A DNA stretch of 64,000 nt from Selaginella moellendorffii (Eukaryota > Plantae > Lycopodiophyta): NCBI RefSeq assembly GCF_000143415.4, contig NW_003314366.1, positions 540,568-604,567 on the forward strand. Reading direction: 5' to 3'. The stretch's first letter is position 1. Each line of letters begins with the position of its first letter. The translations under genes were made by a program, and so were the position numbers. Below the pieces are notes generated by a model. The model saw nothing but the letters and a program-made list of their open reading frames with translations. It searched no databases and was not told the DNA's origin. Positions 26,189-40,500 of this stretch are shown one piece after another.

Positions 26189-29100
26189 TGTAAGCCACAA
26201 ATTTTTCCTTTCCAATTTGCCAGCTTACCTCGCCTATCTGTCCAACACCGCCTTGGCTTTTGCTAAGTTCCCTTGCCAAGGTTCTCGCCTATGGTACCAG
26301 CTCCTACTTGGTCTCAGCTACTCACTGCACGAGCAACGGAGTGTTAGCCATCCTTCCACGGATTCCCAAATCACTCCCAATCCCCCTCCCCGGGTTAGAC
26401 TGGACTTAAGGTTCGGCTACACTCCCCGCAAGCACAAGCAGCCAAGCACACCAAGCTTCCAGGTTCCTAACATCCTTTGGTACCACAAGACTTGATCATG
26501 GGACCCTCTAAATCCCAAGTCTTGAGTGCAACACTTGCTTCGGGACGCCGGGGCGAAACACCGTGGCCTAACGGCCCGGTATGGGTACCTCTCGCCCCCC
26601 ACTTCCATCCCGAAGGAAGGCCCAAGCCCCCAGGAAGGGCGAGGACCAATGAGCCGCATGGTACTCAAGTGGGGCACCACTCCACTTGAGCCGGGAGCAC
26701 CGCAATCGGTTTCCCTTTCGGGAGTGGGAGCTGCTCTTGAGCACTTCCTTGGATGGCCCCTCCGGCACCAACCAAGTCCATGTTCACTCCCACCCAAGGC
26801 CCCTCGGTCCCAGTCCCAACCTCATGTCAGTTTGGGAGCCCCACTGGAGAGTCCCTTCTAAACTGGTTCCTGGACCTCACTATCCCTACTATACTTTTGG
26901 AACCCCCTGCAGCCCCCCCCCCCTGGGAGACGCACGCTTTGGGCTTTCACCCCTTGACCCGTATTAGTATTTGGACTTAGTCTCTGGCTCGATCTCGGAC
27001 CCGATTTCGGATCCGACTTCGGATTCGGGTTCGGACTCGATCTCGGACTCGATCTCGGACCCGATCTCGGACCCGACCTCGGACTCGACCTCGGACTCGG
27101 TCTCGGACCCGATTTCGGATCTCGGACTCCGTCTCGAACTCGGTCTCGAACTCGGACTCGAACTCGGTCCCCGAGTCGGTCTCGGACTCGATTCCGGACT
27201 CGATCTCGAACTCGGTCCTAGAGTCGGTCTTGGACTCGATCTTCGACTTGGTCCCATCCGATGAACTCTTTGTCATTTTGGTCATTCTTTCGGGGTTCCT
27301 TTAGCCTACGACACCTCGGCGAGTTGGTTCCTTACAACTCCACCACCCATAGAAGAAGTTCGATGCCCACATCGAACGTCTCGTTTTATCCTACGACTTG
27401 TTGACCATGTCTCCGGGGGCATCCCCCCACTTAGCGGTGTGCCTAAGTTAGCCTCCCCGGCCAAGAGCCCATGACAACGGAATATAGGTGTCCCTATACT
27501 CCTCCCCTCACCACGCCCTAGTATGGGGTCGGGACTTGAACCCAGCTTTGCTTTACTAGGGGGTTGGGACTCAAACCCAACCTTCGTAGAATACGTCTAC
27601 GGATTCGACATCCCCGCAGGGAGTCGGGCGTAGCTCCCTACGCCTGGTCGACCTAGCTAACCCATGCTAATTAGCTTACCTTCGGCGCGCCTTCGGGTCC
27701 CAACATATGCCATTGCTCAACTTCTCAAATTGATATTTTTAATTGAACTTTGCATAAGTACATAGAGTTCTGCCATGCAGAAATTCCTCCACTAGATCTC
27801 GCGCGTTCGCTAGGTTCTCCTCCGGTTCCCATGTTGCTTCGCAGTGTGGAAATCCTTTCCACTTCACATGGAACTCTCTCACCTCGCGTCCGTGTCGCTT
27901 GCTCTTGCGCGCATTGAGGATGGCCTCGACTTCGTATTCCTCTTCCCCTTGGATAACCTCAGGTAAAGGTCTTACTTGGTCCTTGCGAAGCGGATCCTCA
28001 AAATACGGCTTGAGTAAGTTCACGTGGAACACGGGATGCATCTTCCCCATCTCTCGAGGAAGTCGGAGACGGTAAGCCACTTTACCGATTCGAGCCTCAA
28101 TCTCGTAAGGCCCCGCGAACCTGCTTAAGGAACTCAAGATCAATTCATTTACAGGAATACATGCATTTTTACCTTTGGGTCAACTTCCGGCTGATCCCAC
28201 TTGGTAGCCTGAGGTTCTTGGTGTTCAGCCACACCTTCTCCCCAGCTTGGAACTCCACATCTCGACGCTTTTGGTTCGCGTACTTAGTTTGCCTTTGTTG
28301 AGCCCGTTCCAAGGAATCCCTCACTAGATTCCAAATGTTGAGTCTTTCCGCCGTGAATGCCTCCACTGCGGGTAACTCTCCATGATACTCGGCCACGCCG
28401 AGTTCCACAGGACCTTCAATAGCTCGCCCATTGATGACTTCCCATGGACTCACCCCGATGCTCGAATGTGGTGAGTTGTTATAACACATTTCCGCAAGTC
28501 CCAAATGACTTACCCAGTCGGTCTGGTCTCCCGAGACATAGCACCGCAAATAATCCTCCAGCTGCCTATTCACCCTTTCCGTTTGTCCGTCTGTCAAGAA
28601 GTGTTAGTGCCATCAATCTTGACTCAATACCCATTACCTGTCTGTGGGTGATAGGCCGTGCTGAATTTCAACTTGGTGCGATATTGTTCTAAGAGTGTCC
28701 TCCAGAACCTATTGGTGAAGATCTTATCTCGATCTGAGATAATCTCTTCCGGCCTTCCCCGCACTCGAACCACTTGTTCGAAGAACAGCTTTGCCACACC
28801 TTCCGCATCCACATCCGTTGTGGTGGGTATGAAATGTGCCATCTTTGAAAATCGGTCCACCACCACGAATATCGCATCGAACCCCTCGCTTGGGGGTAGT
28901 CCCGTGATGAAGTCCATCGTGAGACATTTCCACGGACGATCTGGAATGGGGATGCTTTGCAACAAGCCCCCACTAGCCTTCGTCACGGCTTTGACCTGCT
29001 GACATGTTGGACATGTCTTTACATAGTCTTGGACGTCCTTAGCCATATCTGGCCAGTGATACTTCCTTTTTGAGTAAGCCCATCGTCTTGGGCACTCCGC

Positions 29101-32100
29101 CGTGTCCCGCGAGAGGTCCGTCATGACACTCTTCCAAGGCTACTTTCCTTAGTTCCCCTTCTGGAACATACACCCTCGTTTGCTTGTAATATATGAGTTC
29201 GTTGCGTTCCGCATAGCCCGTTTTCTCTTCCGTTGGCAGCTCACCTCTCTGGTGAGCTTCCCGCGCCTCCAGATTCCTCAGCAACACTTCTTGTGCTAGA
29301 CCATCACTCTCGTATGCGGTCCGCACATCGTCCCAAAAGGTTGCTGTCGCGCTAGATATCGCCAACTTCAAGCTCGCTTTTCGACTTAGCGCATCTGCCA
29401 CGATGTTGCTCTTCCCAGGCTTGTACAGGATCTCGCAATCAAACTCGGCCAAAGCATTGGCCCACCGACCTTGTTTTCCCCTTAGGTCGGGCTGTGACAA
29501 GAAGTGTTTCGTTGCCACATTGTCCGTGTAAACCTTGAAGTGTCTCCCAAGGTAGTGTCGCCACTCCTTGAGCGCCTTGACCACCGCAAACAATTCCTTC
29601 TCGTGGGCAGGCCACTTCCGTTGAGCCTTGTCCAGCTTCTTCGAGAAGAACGCTACTGGATGGTTGTCTTGCTTCAAAACTGCGCCCAACGCAAAGTCCG
29701 AAGCATCCGTGTCTACCTCAAAGTCCTTACCAAAGTCTGGTAATGCCAACACCGGAGCCTTCCTCAACTTCCCTTTGAGGTGGACGAATGCCACCTCGCA
29801 TTCCGCCGTCCATACCATCTTCCCTTTTCCTGTTTGGTCCGTTAAGGGCAGGGCTACTCTCGAATAGTGTCTGATAAACTTTCGATAGTAGTTGCATAGC
29901 CCCAGGAACGCCCTCAACTCATGTACATTCGATGGTCGTTCCCATTCCTGGATCGCTTGGACCTTCTCCGGGTCCACCTTGAGCCCGTCCTGGCCCACCA
30001 CATGCCCGAGAAACTTTACCTCTTGTTGAGCAAAGTCACATTTGCTCTCTTTAGCATACAGTTTGTGTTCCCTTAGTTTCTCAAACACCTTCGCCAAGTG
30101 TTCGGCATGCTCCTCTAGCGTCTCGCTATAGATCAGGATGTCGTCAATATAGACGACCACGAAGCGATCCAGATAGGGTACAAAGATGTGGTTCATCAAC
30201 GCCAAAAACGTTGCCGGCGCATTGCACAGCCCAAAGGGCATCACCAAAAACTCAAAGCTCCCATACCTCGTTCGACAGGTTGTCTTCTCGACATCTTCCT
30301 CAGCTACCCTGATCTGGTAGTATCCTGACCTTAGGTCAATCCTCGAGAAGTATTTTGCTTTTCCCAACCTATCGAACAGGTCCTCGATCCTTGGCAAAGG
30401 GTACTTGTTCTTCTTGGTATACTTGTTGAGCAACCAGTAGTCTATGCACATGCGCATAGATCCATCTTTCTTTTTCACAAATAGCACCGGCGCCCCATAC
30501 GGCGACTTGCTCAACCTAACATACCCTTTGTCCACCAACTCCTCTAGTTGGCTCTTGAGCTCCTTGAGTTCTTTTTCGTTCAATCGATAGGGTGGACGAA
30601 CCACCGCCTCAGCACCCTCGACCAGCTCAATCTTATGTTCTATAGGTCGTGCGGGGGGCAACCCCGCCGGTAGCTCCTCCGGCATCGTATCCTAGAATTG
30701 GTCCAGCACCTGCTGGATCACTAAAGGTACTTCTTCCGTTCTTGTCTTTTTGTCACTCTTCACCGAGAGTAAGCACAAAAAGGCTGCCTTAGTTCCTTTA
30801 GTGAGTTGTCCTCTCGTGGACACCAGGTTTAAGCATGACTCTTTGGCCTTGCTTTGCCCTACCTTTAGATCCTGGGCCTCCACCCTAGATCTTCTTCCTT
30901 GGGCATTCGCCAATACCACAAGGTTCCTACCTTGTCCATGCAGGGCTACCACGAACCGATTAAACCAATCCATTCCAAAGATCACGTCAAATCCCGCCAT
31001 GTCCAAGACGGTGAAATCCATGTCCACTTTCCATGTCCCCACTTCGACTCTCGCTTGTCGAAGTACCTCATCGGTGCTTTGGCTACCTTGAACAAACTCT
31101 ATAGTCCTTGGTTCGCCTAGCCGCTGCACCGTTAGTCCGGCTTGCCGGACTATGTCTGCAGCCACAAAATTATCCGAAGCACCCGTGTCAATAAGGATTT
31201 TAACAAAGCTACCTCCGAGCTTCCCTCGGAGGGCTAGTAGATGTCGCGAACGACTCTCTACCAAAGTTGCTCGTGTAATGAGTAACTTTGAGTTAGGGAC
31301 TGGATCACATACCTCAGTTTGGACTTCACCCGACTTGATGGCCATATTGGCTCTGGCCTTTTTCGGGTAGGGACATTCCCTCGAGAAGTGTCCCGCTTCG
31401 CCGCAGTTGTAGCATACGTTGTTGCCCACGCTGCTATACGACTTGACCTTCTTATCCGTGGGTTTGTCTTTTTTCGCTTGATTTCCCCATGTACTCGCTC
31501 GCTGGCCACCGGATTTGCCTTTCCGGAACCCCGAGGACTCATTCTTAGAGAAACTCTTCTTGAATTTCCCCTTGCTATATGTTCCCCTCGGTTTGGCCCC
31601 TTTGTGAAACGTGGATCCCGACCCCGTCGTGTTCCCCTTTCGCAGGTTATCGTTGAAATGCACCTTGATGGCCGCATCCAACGCTTCCTTGTAGTTGGTC
31701 GGGTTCCAGCGCATCACCTCACCGCGAGCCCAGGTTTGCAAACCTGATATAAAGGCATGGAACGCATCCATATCCCCCATGTCCGTGACAAGTATCCTCT
31801 TTGCCATGAACCCATTCACATATTCCTGGATGGTTCCAGTTTGCTTCAGCCTACTCAACTCATCTCTCAGATGCAGAGTGGCATTCGGAGGAACGTATGT
31901 CGCACGGATCCTCGCCTTCATCATGTCCCAGGTGGCCACCGGTCCTTCGTTGGCCTCCGTTGTTCTCCACCAAGACTTGGCATTATCTGCCAAGTATGGT
32001 TTTGCACATGGGACCTTCTCCGAGCTCGGTAACCGCAACGCTCGGAAGTAGTCCTCCATATCGTAAAACCAATCCTCCACAACCTTATAGTCGTTCACTC

Positions 32101-33719
32101 CCTTGAACACCGGTGGGGGCTTTGGTTTGTACTTGGGAACTGCCTGAGGGACTGATTCCACTTCGGTCTGTTCGACCTTGTCTGGTTTTGCCTCAGTCCC
32201 TGCCGAAGGGTCCGCACCTTCTGCGCTGCCAGCATCCGCAGTCTTTCGCTTTTTCTTTCGCTTCTCGTCACGCTTTAACTTGCGTACGAGAGTCTCCAGC
32301 AGGGCATTGGTCTGTGCCAACTGTCCTTCTAGCACGTTCAATCGAGCCTTGGACGACCGAACCTCGCCACCGGACTCCTGTTTGGAAGTTTCCTCACTGG
32401 AGTCCTCCTCATGCAAGGATTCCTCATCCATAGCCTCTTGTTCAACCGGAGGCTCCAGCTCCGGCGGAGGTTCCGTCTCCGCCTGGGTTCGCTTACGCCC
32501 TGCCCTTGCCATCTCCCAGCAATCCGCCTCTATCCTTCGGTAGAACTGAGATAAAGGCTCCGATACCAAATTGTAAGCCACAAATTTTTCCTTTCCAATT
32601 TGCCAGCTTACCTCGCCTATCTGTCCAACACCGCCTTGGCTTTTGCTAAGTTCCCTTGCCAAGGTTCTCGCCTATGGTACCAGCTCCTACTTGGTCTCAG
32701 CTACTCACTGCACGAGCAACGGAGTGTTAGCCACCATCCACGGATTCCCAAATCACTCCCAATCCCCCTCCCCGGGTTAGACTGGACTTAAGGTTCGGCT
32801 ACACTCCCCGCAAGCACAAGCAGCCAAGCACACCAAGCTTCCAGGTTCCTAACATCCTTTGGTACCACAAGACTTGATCATGGGACCCTCTAAATCCCAA
32901 GTCTTGAGTGCAATACTTGCTTCGGGACGCCGGGGCGAAACACCGTGGCCTAACGGCCCGGTATGGGTACCTCTCGCCCCCCACTTCCATCCCGAAGGAA
33001 GGCCCAAGCCCCCAGGAAGGGCGAGGACCAATGAGCCGCATGGTACTCAAGTGGGGCACCACTCCACTTGAGCCGGGAGCACCGCAATCGGTTTCCCTTT
33101 CGGGAGTGGGAGCTGCTCTTGAGCACTTCCTTGGATGGCCCCTCCGGCACCAACCAAGTCCATGCTCACTCCCACCCAAGGCCCCTCGGTCCCAGTCCCA
33201 ACCTCAAGTCAGTTTGGGAGCCCCACTGGAGAGTCCCTTCTAAACTGGTTCCTGGACCTCACTATCCCTACTATACTTTTGGAACCCCCTGCAGCCCCCC
33301 CCCCCCTGGGAGACGCACGCTTTGGGCTTTCACCCCTTGACCCGTATTAGTATTTGGACTTAGTCTCTGGCTCGATCTCGGACCCGATTTCGGATCCGAC
33401 TTCGGATTCGGGTTCGGACTCGATCTCGGACTCGATCTCGGACCCGATCTCGGACCCGACCTCGGACTCGACCTCGGACTCGGTCTCGGACCCGATTTCG
33501 GATCTCGGACTCCGTCTCGAACTCGGTCTCGAACTCGGACTCGAACTCGGTCCCCGAGTCGGTCTCGGACTCGATTCCGGACTCGATCTCGAACTCGGTC
33601 CTAGAGTCGGTCTTGGACTCGATCTTCGACTTGGTCCCATCCGATGAACTCTTTGTCATTTTGGTCATTTTTTCGGGGTTCCTTTAGCCTACGACACCTC
33701 GGCGAGTTGGTTCCTTACA
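26189..33719 (-). mobile_element. Full-length Ty3/Gypsy chromovirus, copy A2
   Basis: LTRs 26189-27336 and 32572-33719, PBS complement GCTCCGATACCA at ~32557-32568, PPT complement after 27336. No TSD (AAACC vs GTTCA). Confidence 0.95.
27739..32512 (-). pseudogene. A2 Gag-Pol polyprotein with the same two integrase introns, one stop and one +1 frameshift
   Basis: Near-identical to A1. TAG at 30692-94 (CAG in A1). One extra base in the T-run at ~29067-71 (may be an assembly error). Introns at 28591-28637 and 28121-28172. Confidence 0.93.
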
Positions 33720-36016
33720 GTTCACACACAACTCTCCACCAAAGTTATTTTCTTTCGGGAACACCTTTCCCATGACTTTAATATAACACATTCTGTCATT
33801 AATGAGATTCTCACTATTTTCATACTTTGATATTATGATCCTCCCCATCCTTTATGGGGTACAATACACCTTAATCCAAATGCTTTTACCAATCCCTTAG
33901 GACCATTCTTTAACTCCACTTGAGTCATTCAACTTTTTGGACTTTGCTAATCTGACAACCCGTAAGGTCTTACTTTCGAGGTGCCAGCTCACTGGAATAT
34001 AATTTTTTGTATTCATGTCCTACTTATAAGGACCATCTTTGTAAGTGTTACTTCAACATTTGATTATTCTTTGTTCTATATGGGCTACTTTTGCCCCTTA
34101 TGACTATCTATCTATATAATGAGAATACCGACTTATCCTTTAAATACACCCCTAACTCCTTAAGTTGTTCCAAGATTTATAAAAAGTAACCCTGGCTACC
34201 ATTTCAAGGACTCATGTCCTCATCTATATTTAACCTCCCACGGTCATTAGTTTTGGTCTCAAATTCATAAACACCAGTCTCAACTATTTGAGAATAATCT
34301 TGTGACTTCTTTATTGTTTTGGAATCTCTATCTTTCCCGTAATCCCAACTATAATTGTTTACCACAACTACATTAGCCAATTTGTTAAGTCAAATGATCA
34401 TCTGGATCACATCCTCAACTCTCTTAGGAAAACCTTATACTGTTCCCAAGATCCTAAAGTCGTTCTCTTATTGGCCCTTTTTTATCCACTACATTACTTA
34501 CAAGGTCATATATGAACTGTAATGGAGAGTTATGTCCTTCTGAGCTGCTACTCCTCCTCAAAGATAGGCCCACTCCTAGGACCTTTTGATGCCAACACAA
34601 GTAGTGATATACTTGACCACCAATAAAAGTTAGACTAAGGAATAATTTCAATACTTAATTGTAAGAGACTAAATTTTCCATTCTACTTTAGTCACTTAAC
34701 CACACCTCCAACTATTTGGAGGAGTCTCACTCACAACCTACATAAGTTCTATTTTGGACTTAGGAACATGCTAGCCTTAAAAATGGCATCCACCTTTACA
34801 CTTGGTCCAAGTGCTCCACATGTCCAATCCCATGATTGATACTTAAAGGTACCACCGACATATCAATCCATTACGTTAAGGCCATACCCATTCACCTTTG
34901 TCACACCAGTGATCCAATGGCCCCTACATCACAGTCCCATCTCTCAAAGACTGGGTCATTCGTCCATAAGTGATCATCCCAAATCCCCTCTTTAGCATTC
35001 TTAGAATGCCTGCAAACATGGGGAACAGCCTTCCCCAATATCCCTTTTTCAGTCCCCACCAAGTCCCTTTCCATCCATGACCGTGTTTGCCAACACTGCC
35101 ACTAGGTCAAGACCCACAAACCCGACCACTATGTCCTATTGACCTCTAGAACTTCCTCACTATGTGACCGTATCCTTGGTCTCTACACCAAAGGATTGCT
35201 CCTCTTCTTTTCCATAGTTTGAGACTTTGGGACAACATTTTGGAACATTGTGGCTTTACACGAATCTCATGGGTATTCTCCCCACCATCCACCTTTGGGT
35301 GCCCTAGCCAGGTGGCTAGAGTGAGGTTTTAATGAGCCACGCCAAATATCTAAGTAGATAGTGCACATTTAGATTAGGAGCATCAACCATTTGATCTCCC
35401 AAGGGAGCTAGAGCCGGCTCTTGAACACTTCACCAAGCTACTCTGTTTATCTGTATGTATTCAATCTAGCCTTGGACTTTCTAATGATTATATCATCACC
35501 CAACACATGGGTATAACCTTCCTTGGTCACAATAGCCTTTCCTGGCCAAATTGGTTCTATTGAAGTCCAAACCCCCACACTCTCCCTATTATACTTTTGG
35601 AAAAACCCTGCAACCCCCTGTAAGCGACTAAATTTTCCATTCTACTTTAGTCACTTAACCACACCTCCGACCACTTGGAGGAGTCTCATTCACAACCTCC
35701 ATAAGTCCAATCCAGGACTTGGGACTTGCTAGCCCCGAGAATGGCATCCATACCACTCAACATTTGCACTTGGTCCAAGTGCTCCACGTGTCCGATCCCA
35801 TGACCGACACTCAAAGGTACCACTGACATGGCAGCCCGTTACGCTAAGGCCATGCCCAATCACCTTTGCCACACTGGTAGTCCATTACCACTTGCATCAC
35901 AGTCTTGGCTCTCCAAGACTAGGCAAACCATCCGTGAGTGGTCATCTGAGATCCACTCCTTAGCATCCTTAGGATGCCCACCGACATGGGGATTAGCCTT
36001 CCCCAATATCTCCATT

Positions 36017-36040
36017 AAGCTCTATTTCGTTAAAGTGGGA
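36017..36040 (+). repeat. Left TIR
   Basis: AAGCTCTATTTCGTTAAAGTGGGA. Confidence 0.95.
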
Positions 36041-36676
36041 TTTATTCAGTAAAATGGGACTAGGTACAAATTTTCAAGTATTTGAAAATGACGTGAAATT
36101 ATATGTTTTTTGTCCAGGGGCTAGACATATCTGGGGCATGGTGACTAGCGCGGTGACTTTGTGTCCATACTGAGTCCATCTGGTTGTATAATAAATCTCA
36201 TTGTCAAGGTGAACAAGCCGAATCTGAAGCTAAAGAAGAGCGATGGTATGCACGCACACATTATTTGTTTGTTCATTGAGCGTGTGGTGAGCTTTCCAAG
36301 ATGAACGTCATTCCTATTAGCTAGACATATAACTTAATGGTGAGAACATTTAGATATTATTCAATGTTATCTTTTTCTATCGAATCTAATTGTGAAGGTG
36401 TAGCAAGAGGCATTGCTAGTCTGGAGAAGTCGTTTAACTCATTTGACCCTTAGTGTATTTTCATGAAACTAAATAGCATTCATATTATTAAGGAATTTCT
36501 CTAGTACCTTTTTTTTACGACATAGAGGCTTGCATTTCTTTCAAAGGTGATTTAGTAAAAGGCCTGAGGGCACATGCCATTCTATTTCTCAGACCGGTAT
36601 TAAGATATACTAGTGCAAAGGGAAAAAGGTATTTGGTGATCAAGTAAATGGCATGAGGGCACACGCCATTATAAGC

Positions 36677-36934
36677 CTAAGCGCTAGTGGACACCTCCTT
36701 TTTGGTACTCTCAGCGGTACTATCATCCTTCTCCGGGTCAGTTGTTTTGCTTTGGATTGTTGTCTCTGACGTTACTGGGGCGTTCTCGATAGTTGTTAAT
36801 GTTGCCGTTTGTTCAGAAAAATGATCACCTGGAGTATAGTACGGGGAGTTTGGAAGACTTATATATTCTACATCTTCACCTATCTCCTTCTCCGTCTCCT
36901 TTTCTGCCTCACTTACAGATTTTGTGCTTGCCAT
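36677..36934 (-). CDS. Possible short acidic/Thr-rich orphan ORF in the Sola element
   Basis: Reads MASTKSVSEAEKETEKEIGEDVEYISLPNSPYYTPG... with coding-like composition inside AT-rich DNA. No motif recognised. Confidence 0.25.
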   Translation of the reverse strand: MASTKSVSEAEKETEKEIGEDVEYISLPNSPYYTPGDHFSEQTATLTTIENAPVTSETTIQSKTTDPEKDDSTAESTKKEVSTSA

Positions 36935-37574
36935 GAGAACGCTCTTCACCCTAAAATATGGAGTTCGTTGTGTTATAAAAGGAAACCAACACACACGCTG
37001 CAAGGGAATGATGGTACATAAAGCACGTAAGCCCACAATATGGGTTTATGTGCCATTAATATGGGCCACACGCCATATTATTAGATTTATGCACGTGTGA
37101 TTGGTAAATGCATATGTCACATCATCTTTGTTTTACCTCACACACTATATCAGGCTTAATGAACCATATCACATGTGCGCACATGCTATATATATGGAGA
37201 AGTATTATGCAAGGATAGAAAAATTCAATGCATGATTGTGGAGAGCAATGGCATGAAGCCACATGCTAAATAACATTTTAGATAAAGAATTAAAATAAAA
37301 ACATGCAAACAGTACTAAGTGGACCAAGACTTAGAAGTGCACAATTGAATGAGGTATTTCTAATAAATATTTCACTCACCTCATATAGGAATGGCTACCA
37401 CTCTCAAATGGCGTATCGCCTCATGCCATCACCTCGCAATTTGTTATAACAATCCGATGAATTCATATTCGGCTTGTTCACCTTGAACTTTAAGTAAGAT
37501 TTGCTAGAACAACTAAGAATTTATACTTGTTATTTGTATCATCTCACCTAGGAATGGCGTAAGGCCACATGCCA

Positions 37575-40500
37575 TCACGCCTCCTCTGATTCAGATTCGG
37601 ATTGTTCACCTTGAAATAAAATACATTAGAAACTTAGTAAAGGAATATTAATGAATCTCACCTTGAACCCGGGTTATGAATGCTCTTGCTGCATCTCTTG
37701 CATGGTCTGGCAAGGTGATGGTGGCACTCTGCTTCCGCATCCAACCATGCACAACATTATCCACCAATATGCTCATGCTGGGATCCCTTGGATTCAACAC
37801 CCATCTCTTTTCTAGGCAATCCTTCGTATATCCGGAACTTGGCTTGAACCACTCCACAGTTACATTGAAGGAGTTAGTTTCTGCGTCCTCCTCTGCATCA
37901 GTGATGCAGCGCCCCACCCATATCATTTGTTTTTTATTACTGGGTCTGACAAGCACGACCATTCCTTTGCAGACCTGTACTGGATTGAATGTTGAATCCG
38001 GCTTCTTGTTCCTCGGCCCACAATAATGATCCTCAACATCGTTATCTGTCACTGCATTTCCAGAGGACATTGTTCCGCTACTATCTGGTGCTCTGGGTTC
38101 TGGCCAAAAGGACTCTTCCAATTCTTCATATACAACCGGCCCATTTTGGATAGCAGATATAATCTTCTCCCAGTATTCGAGCAAAGGCTTGCACCTCTGA
38201 AAATAGGATTCTCCACCAAACACCAACCCCCTCTTCCAGAAGGCAATATGCTGTCTAATCCCGGCCACTATACTTTCCTGGTCTTTGAGTCCATCCGGGT
38301 GCATCGGCCGTGGGGAACCCTGAGGAATCATAGGTTCCCCAGTTATGGGATCTCTCTTGAAGAGTTCAATGCCGTCCACTGGCAGCCACACTGTGTCCCA
38401 TTCTCTCATCTTGTACCTCATCGCTGGAGCACCGTCACGCATGCTGAAATGAAACTGAAGAGGCTTGGAGTGGCCAATCAGCATTTCGGATCCGTCCCTG
38501 ATGTAGCCTCTTACAAACCCCTTAAAGTCTGGAACCTCTGTCAGAAGTGCAGCTTCAACAGTGCCTTTGATGCAATTTTGGAATTCATCGTAGAGTTGTG
38601 GGAGGGTGAGGACATTGGATCGCCGGAGGGACTCTGCCAGGTGACTGAACATGGCATCCACGTCTTCATGAGTGTGCCCAACCATGAGAAAGCCAAGTGT
38701 AACCGTTTCAAATATGCCTTTGGCAACAAGCATCGCCAAGTACGCGAAGACGTACATGGTTTTGTTCTCACTGCCAGCATTGTCTGTTTGGAGCAGAAGA
38801 TGGGGTGGAAGGCCACATCGGCCGCAAGAACTTCCTTGAGATTCTGCTTCGTTTGGATGAGGCTGTGCATTCACCGGGCGACCAGCCTCGTCGGAATGGC
38901 ATGAGGCCTCACGTGATAACCCTACAATCTGACGGCCAACATATTCACTGGGATGGCATGGGGCCCCACGCGATACTGCAAGCCTTTGCTCCTCCTCCAG
39001 CTAAACCCTGTATAGGGTTCGATCGACAAGGGCTTTATGCAAGGGTTGGCCGTTCAGCTCAGTCTGCGCACTTTGCAGAGACCTTAAGTGTTTTGCTAGG
39101 GACGCAATCATCATGTTTGCACCCCCGCCACCCCATAGAGGTACAAAGAAGTTCCCATAGTTCTGGGCACCATGCCCATGAGCGATTATGCCAAACAGAG
39201 ACACAGGCAGCTGCATGGATGAAGAGATTGCCTTGGGGGTAGGATTGAGTCGAGGTAAGCACGTCTTTTTCTGGTCCATTTTGTCGTGGATGATGCAGAG
39301 GTAAGAGTCAGGTCTCTCCATGGAGAGAATCCTGTTATGATAATATGCAGTCCTGCAGCTTCTCTGCTCGATGTTGTGGTCGAGCCGCCTTCTAACCAAC
39401 GTCTCTCACTCTTGAGCGCTGCAAGAATTCTTCGACAAAGCCATTTTAATAGCAGTGCACTCGTCACACTTTGAAAAGCTGGAGTACTTTCCTATACTCA
39501 CATCCCTGAACCTGTTGCTCCACAATCTACTAAATCTAGATTGGCTCAGCTTCCTGTAGCCATTACTCTGGAGTTCCCGATTCACATCTTCCAATATGGC
39601 CCCCTTGGTATACATGGAAGGGAGAACTCGTTGGGTGTCTCGTGTTCCATCTTCCAAGAGGCGGGTTTTATGTGGTTGCTGCTCGCTACATGTCTCGACA
39701 AACCTCTTGAAGATTGCCTCTCCATATACAACATGACCCCTGGTTTTGTGCGTACCGTCGTTCCCATGGACTGCCTGTTGAACCCTTTGTTCCTCGAACT
39801 CAGTTTTGATTCTATAGAATGTGGTTCGAGGGACTCCATAAATGATTCTCCATGCCTTCATGCAGACCAAACCCCTCTGGAAGACCATGCCCCCCACCTG
39901 ATGTTCTGAAGCATCAACAGATGACCGTAATGCCTCATACACAAAATTGCGAGCTGCCTTCCAGGACAATGTCTTGTATCTTGCTCTCTCCTCTTCAATA
40001 GCATCCCAATCAGCATGTTGACAGCACCTCCTCTTGCAACAAGCAACTGTTGAGACCATTCGAACCTCCATCGCCATTTTCTGCCTTTTCGGTTCGTTGC
40101 TCAGATCCCTTTGGCTGCGCTTTAGGAAGGTGTACTTTCTTTTCCCATGAAGAGATGTTCTGTCATCAGTTGTAGTGGTGTTTGATTGTGAATCCTTCAC
40201 ATTCTCAAACACTAAGTGCCTCAATTTCCACCGCACAATGCTTCCAATAGTCAGACTGTTTTCTTCTGTGTCAACAACCTCTAAAATCGCAACTCCAATA
40301 TCATCCCAGCCCAATTCTTGATTAGCAACCGCATCTCTTGGATCGACAACTGTGGCTAAGCCCTCAGCTACCACCTCCCCCTCGGGGTTGTTTAGAAACA
40401 CCTTTGCCTGAATCCATGTAGCACGGTTCTTAAGATCCACGGAGGGAACATGCGTCGCACTTGCGCTGTCCCCAACATCTGCTTTCTTCTGAAGATTTTT

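Noticed and set aside
38026-38904. 292-aa plus-strand ORF
   Set aside because: Antisense shadow of the transposase catalytic region with no recognisable motif.
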